A model generated the notes under the pieces. It saw only the letters and a program-made list of their open reading frames with translations, searched no databases and was not told where the DNA came from. A stretch of 44,603 bases of DNA from assembly GCA_964385945.1 (NCBI GenBank), contig CAYLQJ010000002.1, positions 1 through 44,603 on the forward strand, in the 5' to 3' direction. This stretch comes from an uncultured Candidatus Saccharibacteria bacterium. GTDB lineage: Bacteria > Patescibacteriota > Minisyncoccia > Phycocordibacterales > UBA9973. This document shows, piece by piece, positions 23,968 through 34,548 of this stretch. A program made the translations under genes and the position numbers. Each line of letters starts with the position of its first letter. The stretch's first letter is position 1.

Positions 23968-24086
23968 TGAGTGCTACGAACACTCTACCATTATGAGTTT
24001 TAACTCACCAATATCAAAAAAACAGGAGAACTGAAACATCTAAGTACCCTGGAATCCGTACTTGCTAATATGTACGGATTTTTTAT
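23968..24086 (+). ncRNA. Candidate small RNA: orphan 23S rRNA domain-I-like fragment ending in an intrinsic terminator
   Basis: 24024-24052 reads AGGAGAACTGAAACATCTAAGTACCCTGG. The core matches the highly conserved 23S segment recalled from E. coli (GGGGAACUGAAACAUCUAAGUACCCC). A TGaTATTGT box lies at 23957-23965 and a terminator at 24053-24086. There is no rRNA 5' end or downstream 23S sequence. Confidence 0.4.
24053..24086 (+). terminator. Plus-strand intrinsic terminator
   Basis: Perfect 9-bp stem AATCCGTAC / GTACGGATT (24053-24061 / 24072-24080), 10-nt loop, then TTTTTTATTT. In the minus orientation no U-tract follows the hairpin. Confidence 0.7.
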
Positions 24087-27082
24087 TTCAAAATTAGATT
24101 TTTAGAGAGTTTGCAATATTCACATTCATCTGATTTTCCGCCCCAAGATTTAAAATTACATTTCATATTTACCCATTCCCCACCATCAAGATTATTTACA
24201 TAGTCAGTTATATCTCTTTTTAATAAATCTATTTTCTCTTCATCAATATAAGTAGAATAAATAGCGTTCTTATCCCCGTCTAATGCTTCTAAAAACATAA
24301 GTCTCAAAGACTCCACCTTTTTACCTTTTTCGGCCCCATTGATAAGGTAGGCATACATAGCTAGCTGACGCATATATGAGGAAAGTCTTCCATCTTCGTC
24401 GACTTTCTCTATTTCATTTTTAGTTTTAGGTTTACCAGTTTTAAAATCAGTAACAGAAATATTCCCGCTAACATCTCTTTCTGTTAAGTCCAACTTTCCA
24501 TACATCAACAAATCTGGGAATTCTACATCACGAAATTGCACTGACCGCTCAGATACATAATCAGTCTCTAAATTCTGATAGTACTTTTCTATCCAATTCT
24601 TTACAGCTTTAAACGCAACCTTCTCGATGCGAGCGAATTCCTTTTCGTCATTCACTCCTTCTTTGAGAATCTCTTTTGCGATAATAGATTTGATATCTTC
24701 ATTTTTAGGTAAGGCTTTATTCTTTAAAATGAATTCTATAGTAGAATGCACCGCTGAACCGAGCGCAAGAGAAGTTCCTTTGACTTCAGGTAATTTCAAG
24801 AAATTTCTAAAATACCACTTCCAAGGACATTCATAAAAGTTATTTAGCATCGAGACCGTAATCTTGATATCTTTATAATTCTCTCTGACGAATGATTGAA
24901 CCTCTTCTAGAATATCCCCTTCTACTTTCTCTATCACGTTAGTGAATATTTTTGGTCCGTAAGTTTTGTTATTTAAAATCTCTTCCTCGGTGTCCGCTTT
25001 GTTTTTCTTAATGAAATGCACTTCAGGTAATTCTCTAATAATGTTTGCGATCTCCATTTCGGATCCGTTATAATTTTCATCAGCATAAGACATCACGCAG
25101 TTCTCCCTAGCTCGAGTAATAGCTACGTAGAGTTCTCTTTTAGCGGATTCCACATCGCGTTCTTTGATATGTTCTTTTATTTTCTCAGGTAAGGCAAAAT
25201 TATTTTTCTTTTCACTCATGAGAGTTTCTTCATTCATATGAGCAATCCAAACATTTTTATACTCAAGTCCTTTGGACTTATGAAGAGTCATGACTTGGAT
25301 ACCAGAGTTCCCTCCAAAAGTAGCCAGGCTTAGATGATTGCCGTAGTTCTCAAGTCTTTTAAAGTAATTCAAGAAATCCGAAAGTTTTGCATTTCTATTT
25401 TTCTGTTCAAAAATCAAACTAGTATGAATAAAAGTTCTGACTACTTCTACGTTTTCAAGCAAGATAGTATGAGTCTCAGATTTATCTATTAATAATTCAT
25501 TACCTACATGACTAACAATGCTCGAGATACTCTCTCCTCCCTTCAAGACCCAACTCTCTAAAACCTTACCCCATTTTGCAATATTATTATCTCCACTAAA
25601 AAGACCTCCGTCTTTACCATAAGATACAAGCTCTTCTATGGTTATTTTGTCGGGTTTAGTACTTTTCATAAATTTATGAGCCTCCATAGGATCTATCCCG
25701 CTCGTATAGTCGAGCAAAGATTCAGCGATTAAGACAGAGTTAAATGGATCAGCTATTATATTTAATATTCTCAGGAAACTATAAGATTGTTTTAAATTAA
25801 ACAAAGCTACACTTTTACCAGATGATACCGGCAAGCCCATATCAGAAAGTATATTGATAGCATTACGCACGTGATAATTCTTGGGTACTAAAACGGCGCA
25901 CTCTTTAGGGTCTACTCCTTCTCCTATTCTCTTTGTAAAGTGTAATCCAGCGCCCAATATCTCGTCACGTGGAAAAGAATATTCAAAAAGACCAATCTCT
26001 TCTTCGTTAGTTAATTTATTATTACTATTTAATTTTTCTTTAGAAATAGAACTTTCTAAAAGATCATCAGCCAAAGCTAAGATTTTAGCAGTTGAACGAT
26101 AATTCTCGAGCAAAGTTATAAGTTTGGCATGACCAAAGAAAGTAGCGAATTCTTCAAAATAAGAAAGTCGTGCTCCAGAGAAACCATAAATCAATTGCCG
26201 ATCGTCCCCTACCACAAAAATATTTGGACTATCTTCTCCACCCCAAACTCCTTTCAAGAAATTATTCTGCACACCGCTTGAATCTTGATGCTCGTCGACT
26301 AGTACATACAGATAATTCTCTTTAATTTCTGCCCTGACGTCTTCGTATTCTTCGACTAGCTTAACTACATATTCTAAGACATCATCATAATCCATGAGTG
26401 AAAGAGACTTCTTTTTATTTTCATACATCTCATAGAACAAAACTACCTCTTTGGTTTTCTCTAAAGCTTCTATTTTCTTTTCAATTTCTTTTTTCAATTT
26501 ACCCTTACTCTCTCCGCGAGTCGAGATACTATCCGGATCATTCTCCAAGAATTTAATATCATTCTCAACATAGGAAAGGAATTCTCCCGGGGTGAGTCTC
26601 TCTCTTTTCAAAATAGAAATTAGACTCTTAAGGTCATTAAAATACATGGTCGGGTTACCACGAGGACGCAAATAATTCCATTCCCGTTCCTCTAGAATTT
26701 CATCCACCAAAAAAACAGCTTCATCTTCTTCGAGTAGCTTCGGTATAGTATCAAAATCCAAAAGTGCAAAATTCTTCTCGACTATCTCAATTGCGAAAGA
26801 GTGAAAAGTAGAAATACGGACGTCGTTCGCGACAGGTCCGATATACTGAAGAAGTCTATCTTTCATAGCTTTGACTCCCGAACGAGTAAAAGTCAGACAG
26901 AGTATACCGTCAGCACCGACTTGAGTTTGTTTTAAAATGTTACCAATACGCAGAGCCAAGATCTGCGTCTTGCCTGTACCTGGACCAGCCACTACCATAA
27001 CAGGTCCTTCTAGAGAATCCACTGCATCCTTCTGAGCAGGGTTTAGTTTTTTGTATTCATTTTCAAATGGTAATTGAGACAT
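24083..27082 (-). CDS. UvrD/PcrA-type superfamily 1 helicase fused to a C-terminal PD-(D/E)XK (Cas4/AddB-like) nuclease domain
   Basis: Walker A VVAGPGTGKT, DExx LVDEHQDS, motif VI-like YVAITRARE. Nuclease block GKLDLTERD...VTDFKTGKPK...QLAMYAYL. Cys pattern of one upstream (YECPWKWY) plus C-x11-C-x2-C at the C-terminus. Confidence 0.85.
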   Translation of the reverse strand: MSQLPFENEYKKLNPAQKDAVDSLEGPVMVVAGPGTGKTQILALRIGNILKQTQVGADGILCLTFTRSGVKAMKDRLLQYIGPVANDVRISTFHSFAIEIVEKNFALLDFDTIPKLLEEDEAVFLVDEILEEREWNYLRPRGNPTMYFNDLKSLISILKRERLTPGEFLSYVENDIKFLENDPDSISTRGESKGKLKKEIEKKIEALEKTKEVVLFYEMYENKKKSLSLMDYDDVLEYVVKLVEEYEDVRAEIKENYLYVLVDEHQDSSGVQNNFLKGVWGGEDSPNIFVVGDDRQLIYGFSGARLSYFEEFATFFGHAKLITLLENYRSTAKILALADDLLESSISKEKLNSNNKLTNEEEIGLFEYSFPRDEILGAGLHFTKRIGEGVDPKECAVLVPKNYHVRNAINILSDMGLPVSSGKSVALFNLKQSYSFLRILNIIADPFNSVLIAESLLDYTSGIDPMEAHKFMKSTKPDKITIEELVSYGKDGGLFSGDNNIAKWGKVLESWVLKGGESISSIVSHVGNELLIDKSETHTILLENVEVVRTFIHTSLIFEQKNRNAKLSDFLNYFKRLENYGNHLSLATFGGNSGIQVMTLHKSKGLEYKNVWIAHMNEETLMSEKKNNFALPEKIKEHIKERDVESAKRELYVAITRARENCVMSYADENYNGSEMEIANIIRELPEVHFIKKNKADTEEEILNNKTYGPKIFTNVIEKVEGDILEEVQSFVRENYKDIKITVSMLNNFYECPWKWYFRNFLKLPEVKGTSLALGSAVHSTIEFILKNKALPKNEDIKSIIAKEILKEGVNDEKEFARIEKVAFKAVKNWIEKYYQNLETDYVSERSVQFRDVEFPDLLMYGKLDLTERDVSGNISVTDFKTGKPKTKNEIEKVDEDGRLSSYMRQLAMYAYLINGAEKGKKVESLRLMFLEALDGDKNAIYSTYIDEEKIDLLKRDITDYVNNLDGGEWVNMKCNFKSWGGKSDECEYCKLSKNLILK

Positions 27083-27088
27083 ATCTAT

Positions 27089-27094
27089 ATTATA
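27089..27094 (-). promoter_or_regulatory. -10 box of the helicase-nuclease gene (leaderless geometry)
   Basis: The minus strand reads TATAAT, then 6 nt (atagat), then ATG 27082. Confidence 0.35.
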
Positions 27095-27100
27095 GCGTAA

Positions 27101-27140
27101 AAAATAAAAAGCCCTACTTCGTTAAAAAACGAGTAGGACT
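27101..27140 (-). terminator. Intrinsic terminator of the 27166-27603 gene
   Basis: About 11-bp stem (one mismatch, one bulge) at 27110-27121 / 27130-27140. The minus-strand RNA is followed by UUUUUAUUUU. Confidence 0.6.
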
Positions 27141-27165
27141 TTCAAATTGTTAATAATAAAAACAA

Positions 27166-27603
27166 TTACTTTTCCTGTGGCAACACAGAGGAGTGGTGGC
27201 AAACAATTTTCCATACATTTTTTCTGTTTAGGGCCCAAATGAAAGTGAAACGAGCGGACACGATCTTGGTATGGCCTTCTGGACCTACTGTAAAGTCGTA
27301 AAGACCAGAGTGCTCATATAAAGTGTCAGTCAGAAGTTTTACAACTTCTTCGGTGATTTCCCCGGACGGATTACTTGCTAAAAAATATGCAAAATATTCT
27401 TCGGCTTGTTCCCGAGAAGTTTTCAACTTAGAAGAAAATGTGGGGAGTAGAGTTGCATTTCTAAAATACAATTCAGATACTTTTTTCTTGTCTTTCGTTT
27501 GCAAAGCATCGTTCCATCTTTGGAAATTTACTCTCGCAATCTCGTTAATGTCACTGTCTAAAACAAGTGCATTTAAACTTCCTGAATTTTGTTCTGTTAC
27601 CAT
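27166..27603 (-). CDS. NTF2-like fold protein (SnoaL / DUF4440 / CaMKII-association-domain-like)
   Basis: NFQRWNDALQTKDKKKVSELY...ATLLPT...ARFTFIW...WKIVCHHSS is the pattern I associate with this fold family. ATG 27603 is preferred over 27699, which adds a junk-like extension. Confidence 0.5.
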   Translation of the reverse strand: MVTEQNSGSLNALVLDSDINEIARVNFQRWNDALQTKDKKKVSELYFRNATLLPTFSSKLKTSREQAEEYFAYFLASNPSGEITEEVVKLLTDTLYEHSGLYDFTVGPEGHTKIVSARFTFIWALNRKNVWKIVCHHSSVLPQEK

Positions 27604-27747
27604 CTTATTGGATTTTATTATTATGAAAATATGTACAAAGTCAATTAGTGATGATACTCTTAATTTAAAAAAAAGCAATAGATTGTATTTTTTACACAAA
27701 GTGATATTATGAATCTAACCTTTATTATTAATAATATAAATAAAAAT

Positions 27748-28545
27748 ATGGAATCTATGAATACACACCTCGAGTATAAAATAATTAAAACTATCCCGGA
27801 AAATTATACTTTAGCTAAAGAAACAGGTGTCGAAAGCTTAATAACCAAAGAATGCTTTGGAGACCCTAGTGTTGTTACGTGCATCGATGAAGGATCTAAC
27901 TCTCATTCTGCTAATCACACCAAAGATGCTTATACCTTAAACCTTGCTGGTTCAGGAATATTATTAGGCATAGATAAAACAGTAGAAATTTTTAGAAATA
28001 ATAAAGACTTACAAAAATCCATAAAAACCATCACTTGGCATGAAGGTTGCGGAGCCGCAGCATTAGCACAACAAAGTAATCCAGACATCACCGCTGAAGG
28101 TTTCGTCCTCGAACTCGCTAAGAGATTAAAAGAAGAGCTTGATATGGATTGTGAAGTATTAAAGATTAAAGGAGAAAAAGAGGCAGAAGAAGATGCAGCT
28201 CTGACTAGACCTTTCGAGTACCATAATGCTATGTCTGTATATGTGAACGGAACCACTAAAGCCTTTGACTATTTCAAAAATGATACTTTACCAGCTGGTT
28301 TTACTTTAGACTCTGGATATTTTGGAAAAGAAGTAGCTGAAAAAGAATTAGCTGTGGTATTGAGTATTGCTTTTGGAGGACATGGAATGAATGAATTGAT
28401 AACCAAAGAAGATCCTTTTATTATTAATTATATAAATGAGGAGAATACAAAATCTATTCCTAATTGGATCCTAGATACAGTTAATACTTCAGGAATACCT
28501 ATAGATAAAATCAAAATTAATCTTGTAACAAGTGATACTAATTAA
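27748..28545 (+). CDS. Hypothetical protein with a beta-carbonic-anhydrase-like Cys-x-Asp ... His-x2-Cys arrangement
   Basis: VVTCIDEG (C58, D60 in ORF-track numbering) and TWHEGCGAA (H111, C114), with spacing similar to beta-CA zinc ligands. The ATG at 27709 overlaps a TGaTATTAT -10-like box, so 27748 or 27757 is more likely. Confidence 0.5.
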   Translation: MESMNTHLEYKIIKTIPENYTLAKETGVESLITKECFGDPSVVTCIDEGSNSHSANHTKDAYTLNLAGSGILLGIDKTVEIFRNNKDLQKSIKTITWHEGCGAAALAQQSNPDITAEGFVLELAKRLKEELDMDCEVLKIKGEKEAEEDAALTRPFEYHNAMSVYVNGTTKAFDYFKNDTLPAGFTLDSGYFGKEVAEKELAVVLSIAFGGHGMNELITKEDPFIINYINEENTKSIPNWILDTVNTSGIPIDKIKINLVTSDTN

Positions 28546-29296
28546 TCTCAAACTTCCCTATTTTAGTTCTTTTGATAGTATAGGCTAAACTAGGTATAGA
28601 TATTTTATTTCCTAAATCGTTAGCAATGGTGCGAACGTACGTACCACTAGTAGCTTTGATTTTGAAATTAGCGACGAAAAAATGCTTCGGCATTTTTTCG
28701 TCGCTAAGAAGTTTCCCCCAAATCTTTAATATCTCCTTTTGACGAAAGTCACCTTTAACTTTATTTATTCTAATTTCTATATCCTTCAAAAGTTTCTCCG
28801 AAGATACTTTTTTAAGATTTAAATATTTTAAACTTTTTACATTAACTTCCCTCTCAGGAATCTCAACCTCTGTATTCTCACGCGCATAAGTGAATAACGG
28901 CTTCCCTGCGACAGTCTTTGAAGAATACATGGGATATTTTTGAATTATTTGTCCTTTAAAATATTTCAGATTTTTCTTGATTAATTTTTCTAAATCCTCT
29001 CCAGACAGAGGTTTAGACTCTGTCTCTAACACTTTACCTAAAATATCATATGTGTCAGTTTTGAAACCAAATAACACTGAGAATTCATATTCTTTGTCTA
29101 GATTTAAATACTTTTCTTTATTTTTGCACTCTTCTCCTGAGAGAATAATCAATAATCCTGAAGCCAGAGGATCGAGCCTCCCCGCATAAGTCATAGGTAT
29201 ATCAAGAGGAATCTTATTCTTAATACGAAACACCTCTAGGGATTCTAGAGGTGTTTCGCCTTCTTTTTTATTTACTAGATAAAACTTTTTTTGCAT
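28538..29296 (-). CDS. truB: tRNA pseudouridine synthase, TruB family (no PUA domain)
   Basis: Catalytic motif YAGRLDPLASGLLIIL (compare GTLDPxAxGvL). Also KEYEFSVLFGFKTDTYDILG and TSGTYVRTIANDLG. Confidence 0.8.
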   Translation of the reverse strand: MQKKFYLVNKKEGETPLESLEVFRIKNKIPLDIPMTYAGRLDPLASGLLIILSGEECKNKEKYLNLDKEYEFSVLFGFKTDTYDILGKVLETESKPLSGEDLEKLIKKNLKYFKGQIIQKYPMYSSKTVAGKPLFTYARENTEVEIPEREVNVKSLKYLNLKKVSSEKLLKDIEIRINKVKGDFRQKEILKIWGKLLSDEKMPKHFFVANFKIKATSGTYVRTIANDLGNKISIPSLAYTIKRTKIGKFEIN

Positions 29297-29675
29297 TTTT
29301 CTTTACGGTCTTTACTATTTTCTTAGTATCTTGCTTTATATTTTTTGCTGTACTTTTTGCATCTTTTTTAATATTTTTTACTACAGCTTTCACATCTTTC
29401 TTTACTTCTACAATCTTTTTCTTTACATCTTTTTTTACTTCCTTTTTATCTATTTTATTTATTTCCTTTTTGATTTTTTGGTAAGTAGGCTTTACTACTT
29501 CTTTAACATCTTCATACATATCCATAGCTTCATCTTTTAATTCTTTACCAAGTTTCATAACTTTAGCTCTATTCTTTTTTCCTTCTGGACCCATAAACTC
29601 ATAAGCCAATGCTCCGATAGCACCTGCAACTACACCCTTTTTTAATAAACCACCAGTCTTTTTTTGTTTTTTCAT
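29268..29675 (-). CDS. YtxH-like Lys-rich protein with 11-mer amphipathic repeats
   Basis: N-terminus GGLLKKGVVAGAIGALAYEFMGPEGKKNR (YtxH pattern). C-terminal repeats VKNIKKDAKST / AKNIKQDTKKI / VKTVKKNAKKV. The 3' end overlaps the truB start by 29 nt. Confidence 0.55.
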   Translation of the reverse strand: MKKQKKTGGLLKKGVVAGAIGALAYEFMGPEGKKNRAKVMKLGKELKDEAMDMYEDVKEVVKPTYQKIKKEINKIDKKEVKKDVKKKIVEVKKDVKAVVKNIKKDAKSTAKNIKQDTKKIVKTVKKNAKKVLSSK

Positions 29676-29699
29676 ATTTTTTTAAAATTATATTAATAA

Positions 29700-29960
29700 T
29701 TAATCAGTTTTACTTTTTCGACTTTTTCTTTTTTTACCAAAAATAAATTTATAAAAAGAACTCTCCTCTATGTTTTTAGCTAATTCTTCCATATGATCCC
29801 CCGCATAGTCAGCTCCATTTTTAATCTTACGAGAAATTGATTTAAAATCTTGTAAAATTGAAATTATATATATTACAGCTACACCTAAAAGAATTGTTAA
29901 AATAATAAAAGAAACACTTGATATAAAGAAAAATATTTCTGATTGTATAAGATTTTCCAT
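29700..29960 (-). CDS. Small membrane-anchored protein, DUF948-like
   Basis: Single N-terminal TM segment followed by a helical tail. Adjacent to a YtxH-like gene, as in Firmicutes ytxG/ytxH-type pairs. Confidence 0.45.
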   Translation of the reverse strand: MENLIQSEIFFFISSVSFIILTILLGVAVIYIISILQDFKSISRKIKNGADYAGDHMEELAKNIEESSFYKFIFGKKRKSRKSKTD

Positions 29961-30016
29961 ACCTATATTATACCATTTCTTTCTTTTTTATGAAAATAGT
30001 GTAAATTTAATATATT

Positions 30017-30103
30017 GGAGGGTTCGCATAGTGGTCTAGTGCACCATCTTGGAAAGGTGGCAAGGTGTTAAAACCTTCGAGGGTTCAAATCCCTCACCCT
30101 CCG
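30017..30103 (+). tRNA. tRNA-Ser (anticodon GGA), class II with long variable arm
   Basis: Cloverleaf by hand: acceptor GGAGGGT/ACCCTCC, D-arm with GG, anticodon stem CCATC/GGTGG with loop TTGGAAA. Variable stem AAGGT/ACCTT, T-arm GAGGG-TTCAAAT-CCCTC, discriminator G. CCA is not encoded. Confidence 0.93.
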
Positions 30104-30112
30104 CAAAATATC

Positions 30113-32128
<2,016 letters not shown>

Positions 32129-32131
32129 CTA

Positions 32132-32701
32132 TTAAACATCGTCTTCATAATAAGTTAACTCAATTTCACGTTCTACTTTATTTGGACTAGTAGAAATACA
32201 ATCTGTATTGTCTCCTCCTAAGTTATAACCTTTGGATATAATTTTAGTCTGAATTTGATTTGGTGTTCCAGATATAGGTGTCTTAGTTACTTTAACGATA
32301 GAGCAAGCTTTACCAGAAGGACCTAAGTTATGTAAAATAAATTCCCAAGGTCCAACAGTACTATATCCATCAGTAAAATCAAAAGCGGTACCTGCACATT
32401 GTAAAGTTAAGTCATCTCCACCATTGTAACCAAAAGGATTTTCATAATCCCCAAAAGGAGTTTGAACCCACTTAAAATCATAATACAAAGCACATTCAAT
32501 ACCAGTATCAGAAGCAAAAAATGCATCCCCGGTATTCTTAGCGGAAGTACCAAAACTTATTTCTTTATAAGTAATATCAGCAAGACCTAATGAGACAGAA
32601 AGAATAATACTAGTCAAAACTACAGCAAAAAGAATCACAAATCCTTCATTTTGATTTTCATTTTTTAAAACTATAGGATTTTGTTTTTTAAATAATTTCA
32701 T
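32132..32701 (-). CDS. PilX-like pilus-associated protein (hydrophobic N-terminal helix, no Glu5)
   Basis: N-terminus ...NENQNEGFVILFAVVLTSIILSVSLGL. Last gene of the minor-pilin block. Confidence 0.4.
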   Translation of the reverse strand: MKLFKKQNPIVLKNENQNEGFVILFAVVLTSIILSVSLGLADITYKEISFGTSAKNTGDAFFASDTGIECALYYDFKWVQTPFGDYENPFGYNGGDDLTLQCAGTAFDFTDGYSTVGPWEFILHNLGPSGKACSIVKVTKTPISGTPNQIQTKIISKGYNLGGDNTDCISTSPNKVEREIELTYYEDDV

Positions 32702-32705
32702 ATTA

Positions 32706-33302
32706 TTATTCTGCCCAATTTTTTAAATAATTTGAAAAAGACACGCTGAAAGTCTTATCTCCTTTTTTCCAAAATACAGTAGACTCTATTAAAATTTCTT
32801 TATTATCTAGGACAGCCGCATTTGTTACATCTGTAACTTTTATTTTTCTAATAAAACTAGTAGGTAAACCTCCAACGTCATAATTATATTTATTAGCAGT
32901 CAAAATAGCAGAATCATCATAAAACATAGTGGGGCAATTAGTAGAACAAGCAGTCAAAGTCAAAGATTTCATTGCTTGTTGGGATGGTATAGCATAACTT
33001 AAACCTGCTGGATCAAAATAACAACCTGCTTCCGTCTCGCAAACAGCCAATTTATCCCTAAACCCTGTCCATCCATCAGATTCAAAAAGGATATAAGTAT
33101 CTCTTAAATTTCTCATATATTCTAATCCTTCTTCAGATAAATAAGTAGCTATTAATTTATTCTTGGCATAATTAGTATCCGAAATACTACCCGCCGAAAA
33201 AGAAAGAAGTCCTAAAATAGCTCCAGTAAATATAGAGATAGCAACCAAAGTCTCAACTAAAGTGAAAGCGGTATTTAATTTTTTTTTATTAATAAATTGC
33301 AT
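32706..33302 (-). CDS. Minor (pseudo)pilin with prepilin-type N-terminal signal
   Basis: MQFINKKKLNTA|FTLVETLVAISIF (Phe+1, Glu+5). Confidence 0.7.
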   Translation of the reverse strand: MQFINKKKLNTAFTLVETLVAISIFTGAILGLLSFSAGSISDTNYAKNKLIATYLSEEGLEYMRNLRDTYILFESDGWTGFRDKLAVCETEAGCYFDPAGLSYAIPSQQAMKSLTLTACSTNCPTMFYDDSAILTANKYNYDVGGLPTSFIRKIKVTDVTNAAVLDNKEILIESTVFWKKGDKTFSVSFSNYLKNWAE

Positions 33303-33309
33303 ATTTTAT

Positions 33310-33918
33310 TTAAGGATTATTTGGATCAAAGTTATCTATTGTAGTTTGAGATACGGAATTTTGCAAAGAAAAAGGAGTTACTAAACCTTTGTAATTAATC
33401 TCGCCTATTAATCTTATAGTAACAAAAGGCTGTTGATTGTCCAAAGGAAAATGCTCGGCTCCTAATACAGAAAAAATAGAGAGATTACTAATCTCAATAG
33501 TATCATCATTTAATTGAACCCAATTAACAGGATCTGCATTCACATCAGTAGTTTTATAAATCTTTAAAGGCTGACCGCTTGGAGCTTCAAATTTATAAGC
33601 CCAACGATAACCACTAATAACTTCTTTAAAAGACAACACAGCGCCATCAGTACAACTCTGAGGATCAATATTTGAATGATCTGTACCATAGTAACAACGA
33701 TATTCTGAACCGGTGCGAATATTTCTAGACATGTCTTCCATAATAAAAGAAAGATTATCCATAATAGATCTCATGTCCTTTGATTTATTTAAAAGAACAT
33801 TAGCATTTAAAAGTGCGTTCATGCCAATAGTCATAATAATCAAGAATAAAGAAACTGAAATCATTGTTTCAATAATAGTATAACCCTTATTATTTTTTGG
33901 ATAAAAAAATTTTTTCAT
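33310..33918 (-). CDS. Minor (pseudo)pilin with prepilin-type N-terminal signal
   Basis: MKKFFYPKNNKG|YTIIETMISVSLFLII (Gly-1, Glu+5). Confidence 0.7.
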   Translation of the reverse strand: MKKFFYPKNNKGYTIIETMISVSLFLIIMTIGMNALLNANVLLNKSKDMRSIMDNLSFIMEDMSRNIRTGSEYRCYYGTDHSNIDPQSCTDGAVLSFKEVISGYRWAYKFEAPSGQPLKIYKTTDVNADPVNWVQLNDDTIEISNLSIFSVLGAEHFPLDNQQPFVTIRLIGEINYKGLVTPFSLQNSVSQTTIDNFDPNNP

Positions 33919-33921
33919 ATT

Positions 33922-34542
33922 TTAATATATTTGAACTCTTCCAGAAGGATAAATTTTAATTAAAGCTGTTGTATTATTATTTGCTGAAGAAAGAGCTATT
34001 TCTATATAATCAATACCTAGAAATTGTAAATTGTCTTTATAAAAATCAGCTCCAGAATTTGGACGAGTAAAAGTAATATGCAAAGGTGCATTAAAATCTG
34101 TACCTGTATTTCCTATATAAGACTTAATTGAAGATATATATTTCCCTCTGGTCATATTGATTACGTTTAAACATTCGGTTCCTGGACAAGGCGAAATAGA
34201 ACCAAGACGTTTGTCTGGAGTCGGTGAAGGAAGCAAGTCTGTAAAATAATAAAAAGATTTATTATTGGTAGCTGGGGTTAGTTGTTGAGGGAAATAAATA
34301 CCATATGAAGGTCGCCAACCTAAATAAGCACCGACTGGTAATTTACCCGAGATAGAGGCTTTCTGAGCTTCTGTAATCTTTAAAGCAACATCGTTTGCTA
34401 AAGTTTTCATCTCCACCTTGTCTTGAAATAATTTATAATTAAATAATGAAATTGAAGAGAGAATAGCAGCAATAGACAAAACCACTATAAGCTCGACATA
34501 AGTCATTCCCCTATTCAATTTTATTTTTTTAAAGTTTAACAT
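33922..34542 (-). CDS. Minor (pseudo)pilin with prepilin-type N-terminal signal (FimT/GspH-like position)
   Basis: MLNFKKIKLNRG|MTYVELIVVLSIAAIL (Gly-1, Glu+5). Confidence 0.7.
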   Translation of the reverse strand: MLNFKKIKLNRGMTYVELIVVLSIAAILSSISLFNYKLFQDKVEMKTLANDVALKITEAQKASISGKLPVGAYLGWRPSYGIYFPQQLTPATNNKSFYYFTDLLPSPTPDKRLGSISPCPGTECLNVINMTRGKYISSIKSYIGNTGTDFNAPLHITFTRPNSGADFYKDNLQFLGIDYIEIALSSANNNTTALIKIYPSGRVQIY

Positions 34543-34548
34543 TTAATT

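Noticed and set aside
23968-24054. The 23S-like segment as a genuine or fragmented rRNA gene
   Set aside because: Only ~85 nt resemble 23S. The 5' end, the neighbouring universal boxes and everything downstream are missing, and a terminator follows immediately.
28538-28545. 8-nt overlap of convergent stop regions (27748-28545 plus strand versus truB minus strand)
   Set aside because: Verified in both frames, but it is a trivial consequence of gene packing in a compact genome rather than a functional feature.
29251-29540. Two Phe/Leu/Ile-rich plus-strand ORFs (77 and 69 aa)
   Set aside because: They are antisense readings of the Lys-rich (AAA/AAG) YtxH-like gene. The poly-T-derived low complexity is an artefact.
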